In this document: positions 57,894-64,000 of the stretch, one piece after another
Position numbering within the stretch: position 1 is the first letter of the stretch
Layout of the letters: each line of letters starts with the position of its first letter
NCBI GenBank assembly: GCA_042577285.1
Contig: JBHPDM010000001.1
Coordinates: 16,665-80,664, forward strand
Reading direction: 5' to 3'
From: Candidatus Omnitrophota bacterium
GTDB lineage: Bacteria > Omnitrophota > Gorgyraeia > Gygaellales > Profunditerraquicolaceae
DNA length: 64,000 bases
Notes under the pieces: generated by a model
Databases searched by the model: none
Seen by the model: the letters and a program-made list of their open reading frames with translations, nothing else
Told to the model about the DNA's origin: nothing
Position numbers and translations under genes: made by a program

Positions 57894-58663
57894 TATCGGC
57901 GGGCTCTATGGCGCACGTAATCGCACTAGCTGGTAAAGGAGGTACAGGTAAGACCACGGTCGCCTGTCTCCTGATCAGGCTGTTGAAAGATAAAGGGGCT
58001 GGTTCGATCCTGGCGATCGATGCCGATCCAAACAGTAATCTTGCAGAGGCCTGCGGAGTCGCGGCATCTGATTCGGTGGGTTCTATCCTCGAGGATATCT
58101 CGAAGGACCCAAAGTCGATCCCTGCCGGGGTTTCAAAGGACAGCTTTATCAATTACCAGGTACAGACAGCGATCAGCGAAGGTGAAGGATTTGACCTGCT
58201 GACTATGGGCAGGTCCGAAGGCCCCGGCTGCTATTGCTACGTTAATAATGTGCTCCGGGGGATCATTGAGCGGACGACCAAGGATTACGATTACATAGTC
58301 ATAGATAATGAAGCGGGCCTTGAGCATCTCTCGCGGCGCACCATGCGAAGAGCAGATGTTTTACTGATAGTTTCGGATCCCAGCAGGATAGGCCTTAAAT
58401 CCGCACAGCGCATTGATGCCCTGGCAAAAGAGCTTGAATTCAAGGTGGCAAAGCGCCTGCTGATCACAAACCGTGCTGATCAGCGGATCAAAGATGAGCT
58501 GCTTGAGGAGCTGGGATTAGAGCCGGAATACCTGGGGAATATCCCTGAAGACCATTATATAGGTAAGAACAGTCTTAACGGCGCCTCCCTGATGAAACTA
58601 GATGGCGGGAGTAAGGCCCTACAGGCACTGGAAGAGATCGGAGGCAGGATTTGGCAAGTTTGA
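57890..58663 (+). CDS. cooC: CO dehydrogenase/ACS nickel-insertion ATPase CooC (AcsF)
   Basis: Deviant Walker A IALAGKGGTGKTTVA and a CxC motif (PGCYCYVN). Confidence 0.85.
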   Translation: MISAGSMAHVIALAGKGGTGKTTVACLLIRLLKDKGAGSILAIDADPNSNLAEACGVAASDSVGSILEDISKDPKSIPAGVSKDSFINYQVQTAISEGEGFDLLTMGRSEGPGCYCYVNNVLRGIIERTTKDYDYIVIDNEAGLEHLSRRTMRRADVLLIVSDPSRIGLKSAQRIDALAKELEFKVAKRLLITNRADQRIKDELLEELGLEPEYLGNIPEDHYIGKNSLNGASLMKLDGGSKALQALEEIGGRIWQV

Positions 58664-59589
58664 TCAACACAATAACTATAGGGGCGACAAAGGAGGAGGG
58701 GGGTACCCGTTCAAGCGTGATCAAAGCGGGTGGCCAGAATACCCTACCCCTGCTATTTAGCGATGGCTCAATCCCTAACCAGCCGGCGATCGCCTTTGAG
58801 ATATGGGATACCGCGCCCGGTGACTGGCCCGAAGAGCTGGTTAAGGCATATAGCAGCGTTTTAAAGGATCCGTTATCCTGGGCGAAGATGTGCGTTAATG
58901 AATATAAGGCGGCGGCAATATGTATAAGGCTAAGAGGCGCGCATCCTGACTTTGGCAATAAAGGGGCTGACGAAGAGGCCAAGTTGATCTCAGAGCTATT
59001 GAAGAAGGTGAGCGTACCATTGATCATTCTGGGGTGCGGTGACGACGAAAAGGATAACCAGATCCTGCCTGCCTGCTGCCAGGCAGCTAAGGGTGAGCGC
59101 TGCCTGATCGGAGAGGCAGTACAGGACAATTATAAGACGATCGCCGCAGCAGTCCTGGCTGACGGCCATAATATCATCGCCCAATCCCCTATTGATATCA
59201 ATATCGCCAAACAGCTGAATATTCTGATCTCTGATATGGGGATGCCTTTGGAGCGCATCGTGATCAATCCCACGATCGGCGCATTAGGCTACGGCCTTGA
59301 GTATGCCTATTCGATAATGGAGCGGGCAAGGCTGGCCGCACTTGCCGGAGATAAGACTATGGCATTGCCGTTCTTCTGCTTGATCGGACAGGAGGCCTGG
59401 AGGGCAAAGGAGGCAAAGGCTAAGCTTGAGGAGTTTCCCACATGGGGCCCACAAGCTGAGCGCGGAGTGATCTGGGAGGCGATAACCGCAACCGCCCTGA
59501 TCCAGGCAGGAGCGGATATCCTGGTGATGCGTCACCCAAAAGCAGTGGATAAGGTCAATAATTACATCGGAGAACTCTTCAGGAGATAG
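58651..59589 (+). CDS. acsD: corrinoid iron-sulfur protein small subunit (ACDS delta subunit)
   Basis: ~310-aa TIM-barrel protein following acsC-cooC. The conserved region FCLIGQEAW is present. Confidence 0.75.
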   Translation: MASLINTITIGATKEEGGTRSSVIKAGGQNTLPLLFSDGSIPNQPAIAFEIWDTAPGDWPEELVKAYSSVLKDPLSWAKMCVNEYKAAAICIRLRGAHPDFGNKGADEEAKLISELLKKVSVPLIILGCGDDEKDNQILPACCQAAKGERCLIGEAVQDNYKTIAAAVLADGHNIIAQSPIDINIAKQLNILISDMGMPLERIVINPTIGALGYGLEYAYSIMERARLAALAGDKTMALPFFCLIGQEAWRAKEAKAKLEEFPTWGPQAERGVIWEAITATALIQAGADILVMRHPKAVDKVNNYIGELFRR

Positions 59590-59592
59590 GCT

Positions 59593-60381
59593 ATGTTTAT
59601 AATCGGTGAGTTGATCAACGGGATGTATACTGATATAGGAATTGCGATCAAGGAGAAAGATAAGTCAGTGATCCAGAAGCGCGCGGTCGAACAGGTCAAG
59701 GCGGGCGCTGATGCGCTTGATGTCAATTGCGGGCCGGCGTCAAAGGATCACGAAAACGATATCCAGTGGTTGGTCGAAACCATACAGGAGGTCTGTGATA
59801 AACCACTCGCCCTTGATTCCAGTAAGCCAAAGGTGATCGAGTCCGGGTTAAGGGCAGTAAAGAACAAGGCGATAATCAACTCTACTACAGCAGATCCGGA
59901 GAAGCTTGCAGTACTGATCCCGCTTGCTAAGCAGTATAACGCCAGACTGATCGGGATCACGATCAGCGCGAAGGGGATCCCTCAGAACAAGGACCAGAGG
60001 CTTGAGCTGGCAGCAAGTATAGTGGCCGCCTGCGTTGAGCAGGAGTTTCCGGTCGAGGATCTTTATCTGGACCCGATCGTCCTTCCGGTGAATGTGGCGC
60101 AGGCGCAGATGCCTGATATCTTTGAAGCAATACGCGAATTTAAGATCATCTCTGACCCCTCACCTAAAACCATAGTCGGTTTAAGCAATGTTTCGCAGGG
60201 GACATGCGAGCGGCCGATCATCAACAGGACATTCCTTACTATGGCCGTTGCCTACGGTCTTGACGGCGCGATCCTTGATCCGCTCGACCGGGAGTTAGTC
60301 GATGCCGCGATCACCGCGGAGCTTGTCTTAAACAAGCACATCTACTGCGACTCGTTCTTAGATGCCTACAGGAAGAAGTAG
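59593..60381 (+). CDS. acsE: methyltetrahydrofolate:corrinoid/iron-sulfur protein methyltransferase
   Basis: Pterin-binding (DHPS-like) barrel MFIIGELINGM…ALDVNCGP…IINST. Confidence 0.8.
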   Translation: MFIIGELINGMYTDIGIAIKEKDKSVIQKRAVEQVKAGADALDVNCGPASKDHENDIQWLVETIQEVCDKPLALDSSKPKVIESGLRAVKNKAIINSTTADPEKLAVLIPLAKQYNARLIGITISAKGIPQNKDQRLELAASIVAACVEQEFPVEDLYLDPIVLPVNVAQAQMPDIFEAIREFKIISDPSPKTIVGLSNVSQGTCERPIINRTFLTMAVAYGLDGAILDPLDRELVDAAITAELVLNKHIYCDSFLDAYRKK

Positions 60382-60382
60382 G

Positions 60383-60769
60383 ATGAAACGAAGAAGAGTT
60401 TTAAGGCATATATTCCGTTTTCGCAACCTCCGGGAAAGTTTCTCGCTTGCCGCAAGGGGAATAGCTTATTTATTCCTCTACCACCATAATATGCGTCTGA
60501 TCTTCCTGCTTGGAATCCTTGCTTTTCTTCTCGGTCTATACTTTAGATTAAGAGGCATCGAGTTGGCCGCGCTGTGTATTACGATCACCCTGGTATTTAT
60601 GGCGGAGATCTTTAATACTGCGATCGAGATGATGATGGACCTGTTTACTGCCAGGTACCATACACTCGTGAAGCTGGTAAAGGATATCGCTGCCGGCGTA
60701 GTCCTTTTAGCATCTTTAAATGCCGCGGCAGTAGGGTATATCCTTTTTGCAAGGAGGTTGATGAAATAA
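60383..60769 (+). CDS. dgkA: diacylglycerol kinase family protein (DgkA)
   Basis: FMAEIFNTAIEMMMD matches the E-x-N-(S/T)-AIE motif. Three TM segments. ATG at 60383 is preferred over the overlapping 60362. Confidence 0.75.
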   Translation: MKRRRVLRHIFRFRNLRESFSLAARGIAYLFLYHHNMRLIFLLGILAFLLGLYFRLRGIELAALCITITLVFMAEIFNTAIEMMMDLFTARYHTLVKLVKDIAAGVVLLASLNAAAVGYILFARRLMK

Positions 60770-61152
60770 TGAAGAGATATGTGTTGGGATTGATGTTTCT
60801 TTGCGCAGGCTTCTCGGTTTGCTTCGCGCAGGTAACCGCTGGCTCGATCCAGAGGAGCGAAGAGTTGATAGAGAAGGAGAAGGAGTTAAGGCAGAAGGTC
60901 GAGGTCCCAAGCAAGGTCTTTCCGATAAAATTCATGGTAGAGGGGGCATCATTGCTTACCGCTGAAGAGATCATGGAGATAGCCTCTGCCTATAGAAATA
61001 GATGGCTTGGTGAGAAGGAGGTAAACGAACTATTTGACCTGATCCGGAAGGCTTATGAGGAGAAGGGGTTCAGCGGGCAACCGCAAGAGATCTCCTATAG
61101 GATGAGGAGCAAATATTTTATGGTGCTGATCGTAGAAGAGGGTAAGGATTAA
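60769..61152 (+). CDS. secreted stand-alone POTRA-like domain protein (paralog of the TpsB N-terminus)
   Basis: Signal peptide present. KFMVEGASLLTAEEIMEIASAYRNRWLGEKEVNELFDLIRKAYEEKGF aligns to POTRA1 of the downstream TpsB (KKINVTGTSLLPEREIDAIVVPFQNKKLSLRDMQKVADLVTDAYRQKGY). Confidence 0.55.
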   Translation: MKRYVLGLMFLCAGFSVCFAQVTAGSIQRSEELIEKEKELRQKVEVPSKVFPIKFMVEGASLLTAEEIMEIASAYRNRWLGEKEVNELFDLIRKAYEEKGFSGQPQEISYRMRSKYFMVLIVEEGKD

Positions 61153-61155
61153 CGT

Positions 61156-61184
61156 TTGACAAACCAGGGTGTTTATACTAAAAT
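61156..61184 (+). promoter_or_regulatory. sigma70-like promoter TTGACA-17-TAAAAT upstream of tpsB
   Basis: TTGACA at 61156..61161 and TAAAAT at 61179..61184. AAAGGAG RBS. Confidence 0.55.
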
Positions 61185-61219
61185 GCTTTATAAAGTCATT
61201 AACATAAAGGAGTGCTAAA

Positions 61220-62920
61220 ATGAAGAAAATCGGAGTTATTCTTTTGGCGACTACGTTCTTCGCTTCAGCATACATGCCGCTATACGCAGAGGAAGTGGAG
61301 CAGCTGGAGAAGATCGACAAGGATATCCAGCGCGACAAGACACTAGTAGAGCGGATCTTCCGCAAGAAGGAGAAACCTGCGGTTGAAGAAGAATTGCCGG
61401 AGGGCGTAGGCGCTGCGGTATCCGGTGAAACCGTATTGGTGAAAAAGATCAATGTCACCGGTACCAGTCTGCTTCCGGAAAGGGAGATTGACGCCATAGT
61501 GGTGCCCTTTCAAAACAAGAAGCTTAGCTTAAGGGATATGCAGAAGGTCGCAGATCTAGTCACTGATGCATACCGCCAGAAGGGGTATGTTACTTCACGC
61601 GCATACCTTCCTCCGCAAAGAGTCAAAGGCGGGATATTAGAGATCAACGTAGTAGAGGGTATTACCGGATGCATAGAAATACGGGGAAATAAATATTTTA
61701 AAAGCTCCCTGCTAAGGAAAAAGATCAATCTTAATACCGGTGACCCATTTGATTATGATGAATTGAGAAAAGGACTGACTAAGATAAATGAGCAGAGAGA
61801 CAGGTACGCAAAGACAGTGCTTGCTCCGGGATCCGAGCCGGGTACTACTGACATAATCATCGATGTAGAGGACCGCCTGCCGATACATCTCGGCCTGACT
61901 CTTGACAACTTCGGGTCCAGGTATATCGATCAGGAGCGTTTAAGGACCACACTGATCCACAATAATCTATTCGGCCTGGATGATATCTTCACATTGCAGT
62001 ACCAGGTAGCAGAGGGTGAGAACTACAGGTTGTTGATGGCCAGGTATCTTCTGCCTGTGCATGAATACCTGAAGGTAGGTTTTCTTGCCGCGCAATCAAA
62101 ATTAAAACTCGGCAAGGAATACGAAGCGCTTAACGCCAGGGGAAAGAGTGAGTACTACAGTATCTTTTTGATCCAGCATCTCTTTGACAGAGAAAATATT
62201 GATGCCAATCTGAACCTTGGCTTTGATTATAAGGATGTGTTTAATTTTCAAAACAATCTCGAGATCAGCCGTGACCGACTGCGTACCGCAAAGTTAAGTC
62301 TTGACTTCGATCTCACTGATGGTTTAGGCAGGACCATAATCGTAAACGAATGGAGTTACGGCATACACGGAATAATGGGAGGGCTTGAGGAAGTTGACGC
62401 CAAGGCCTCGCGCGCCGGTTCCGGTGGAAAGTTTTTTAAGGACAACTTAAGTATTTTAAGGCTGCAGAAAATGCCCTTTAACTCAACCCTTTTGTGGAAG
62501 AACGAGTTTCAATTTACCCCGTACATACTTACCGCGACAGAAGAATTTCAAATCGGCGGGATCGTTAATGTAAGGGGATATCCCCCGGCTGAAGTTGTCG
62601 GAGATAAGGGGTATTCGATGACCTGGGAGTGGTCTTTACCTGTTTACATCCTCCCTAAGGATGCGAAAGTTCCTTTCTCAAAAGTAATGTGGTACGATGC
62701 TTTAAGGATGATCCTCTTCTATGATTGGGCAAATGCAAATCTGCGCAGGCCGGCTGCCGGAGAAGAGGAGAGCACCACGCTCAGGTCTGCGGGTTGCGGT
62801 TTTCGTTTTAATCTACCCGAGGATTTTTCTTGCAGGATGGAATTTGCCTGGCCACTGGACAGGACTCCTTCCGACGGAGATCACATGCATATGTGGTTTG
62901 AAGTGACTAAGACTTTTTAA
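61220..62920 (+). CDS. ShlB/FhaC/HecB family two-partner secretion transporter (TpsB)
   Basis: Signal peptide, two POTRA domains, a 16-strand barrel, and the C-terminal …WFEVTKTF. Confidence 0.85.
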   Translation: MKKIGVILLATTFFASAYMPLYAEEVEQLEKIDKDIQRDKTLVERIFRKKEKPAVEEELPEGVGAAVSGETVLVKKINVTGTSLLPEREIDAIVVPFQNKKLSLRDMQKVADLVTDAYRQKGYVTSRAYLPPQRVKGGILEINVVEGITGCIEIRGNKYFKSSLLRKKINLNTGDPFDYDELRKGLTKINEQRDRYAKTVLAPGSEPGTTDIIIDVEDRLPIHLGLTLDNFGSRYIDQERLRTTLIHNNLFGLDDIFTLQYQVAEGENYRLLMARYLLPVHEYLKVGFLAAQSKLKLGKEYEALNARGKSEYYSIFLIQHLFDRENIDANLNLGFDYKDVFNFQNNLEISRDRLRTAKLSLDFDLTDGLGRTIIVNEWSYGIHGIMGGLEEVDAKASRAGSGGKFFKDNLSILRLQKMPFNSTLLWKNEFQFTPYILTATEEFQIGGIVNVRGYPPAEVVGDKGYSMTWEWSLPVYILPKDAKVPFSKVMWYDALRMILFYDWANANLRRPAAGEEESTTLRSAGCGFRFNLPEDFSCRMEFAWPLDRTPSDGDHMHMWFEVTKTF

Positions 62921-62956
62921 GCCACTTTATAAAACCTCCTTTTTAAAGATTTTTAC

Positions 62957-62984
62957 TTGACAAAACAATTTTTAGTGTTATACT
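62957..62984 (+). promoter_or_regulatory. sigma70-like promoter TTGACA-16-TATACT upstream of tpsA
   Basis: TTGACA at 62957..62962 and TATACT at 62979..62984. Confidence 0.5.
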
Positions 62985-63057
62985 TAATACAAGTTCTTTA
63001 AAGCAGAAGCAAAAGCCACGGAGTAACAACGGGTTAGGGTCAGGCCGAAGGGCCTAA

Positions 63058-64000
63058 ATGAAAAGTAAAGTAAAAATCCTCGCAACAGTAGTTCTCGCCG
63101 TTTTAATTTTCCCGGTTATTGCGAATGCATTACCTGAGGGAGAGAGTGTCGCTGTTGGTGATGCTACTTTTGTCCGCACCGAAGATACCTTAAATATAAA
63201 CACGCCTTCCGAGAGATTAATTGTAAATTACGATTCTTTTAATATAGCTCAACAGGAGACAGTAAATTTCAACCAGCCATCATCCAGCGCGATCGCGCTG
63301 AACCGCGTAACAGGCGTTAGCCCTTCCGAGATTTTCGGAACACTCACTGCAAACGGCATCATCTATGTGATCAATGAACGCGGTGTTACTTTCGGGCCGA
63401 ACTCCCGCGTTGATGCGGCTGCGGTACTGGCTTCAACTTTAGATACCTCTGACAGTGACTTCCTGGCAGGCAAAAGTATTTTTTTGGCGGGAAATGAAAA
63501 CGCTTTCATTTTAAACCAGGGTAATATAAAGGTAAGCAACGGTGGTTTTATCGGATTACTTTCTGCTGCGGTAAAGAATGAAGGCTTGCTAGAAGCAGAG
63601 CTTGGTACGGTAGTTATGGCTGCCGGCGAAAAGATCACCCTGGCCCTTGATGACCTTAATGATATCTCCGTAGTAATCAATGAAGGAGTGCAGGAAACAG
63701 TTGCAGGTTTTGATAGCGCCATTGCAAACAGCGGAACGATTTCAGCTAATGGCGGTAAGGTAATTTTATCCGCAGATGTATTAAACGATGTCTTTGATCA
63801 ATCAATAAATAATACCGGAATCATAGAAGCAGGTTCCATTCAGAGCCATAACGGAGAGATTATTCTGGTTGGAGCCGGAGCGCCTGTTACTAATATAGGT
63901 AAGATATCCGCAAGCGGCACTCAAGAGACAGCTGATGGCGGCAAGGTCTCAATAATCGGTGCTTCAGTATTAAGCAGTGGCCTGATCCAGGCTAATGCCG
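63058..64000 (+). CDS. two-partner secretion exoprotein TpsA (filamentous-hemagglutinin-type), N-terminal TPS domain; 3' end outside window
   Basis: ATG at 63058 with a signal peptide (MKSKVKILATVVLAVLIFPVIANA). The TPS domain shows …INYDSFNIAQQETVNFNQPSSSAIALNRVTG…IYVINERGVTFGPN… and the beta-helix repeats GNIKVSNGGFIGLL. No stop codon before 64000. Confidence 0.8.
   Translation, partial: MKSKVKILATVVLAVLIFPVIANALPEGESVAVGDATFVRTEDTLNINTPSERLIVNYDSFNIAQQETVNFNQPSSSAIALNRVTGVSPSEIFGTLTANGIIYVINERGVTFGPNSRVDAAAVLASTLDTSDSDFLAGKSIFLAGNENAFILNQGNIKVSNGGFIGLLSAAVKNEGLLEAELGTVVMAAGEKITLALDDLNDISVVINEGVQETVAGFDSAIANSGTISANGGKVILSADVLNDVFDQSINNTGIIEAGSIQSHNGEIILVGAGAPVTNIGKISASGTQETADGGKVSIIGASVLSSGLIQANA

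Noticed and set aside
63363-63722. 119-aa minus-strand ORF
   Set aside because: It is antisense to the TPS domain of tpsA, which has an uninterrupted frame, signal peptide and family motifs.

Overview
This 64-kb window looks like a chromosomal segment from an uncultured anaerobic bacterium. The inference rests on gene content: corrinoid/Fe-S proteins of the Wood-Ljungdahl carbonyl branch, a TIGR04073-like exosortase-associated protein, and long co-directional operons. A PVC/Omnitrophota-like lineage is my guess only. I find about 72 protein genes, all but two on the + strand, many with 1-4 nt stop/start overlaps, plus 3 tRNAs and an RNase P RNA that the ORF track cannot show.

Order of content:
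- an exbD-tonB tail;
- a complete type IV pilus (T4P) assembly locus (PilX-like, HTH protein, pilM-pilN fusion, pilO, pilP, pilQ, pilB, pilC, four prepilin genes);
- directly after the pilins, an STT3/AglB/PglB-family oligosaccharyltransferase and an intimin-type inverse-autotransporter adhesin with beta-helix repeats;
- tRNA-Ala with a repeat-bearing leader;
- a housekeeping block (AMMECR1, rsmE, mtaB, a protein with a phage-type S74 chaperone domain, cvpA, nif3, dnaG, rpoD);
- a tRNA-Met / GIY-YIG / tRNA-Val island with 41-bp tandem repeats and a duplicated tRNA 3' end;
- a zinc-ribbon protein, rnhA, rnpB RNA, and yebC-ruvC-ruvA-scpB;
- an aromatic amino-acid operon (pheA-hisC-aroF-tyrA), then cmk, lepA, lepB, pgsA, plsY;
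- a large outer-membrane protein divergent from a GH94-like phosphorylase (minus strand);
- gatCAB, ctpA, a polysaccharide-deacetylase-like gene, tsaD, mgtC;
- a bactofilin fused to an excisionase-type HTH, plus a membrane-anchored HTH paralog;
- larB, an FwdE-like gene, and acsC-RACo-cooC-acsD-acsE;
- dgkA;
- a two-partner secretion module (POTRA-only fragment, tpsB, 5' end of tpsA).

The most notable observation is the oligosaccharyltransferase embedded in a bacterial T4P locus next to sequon-rich minor pilins and an adhesin. This suggests an N-glycosylated pilus/adhesin system.
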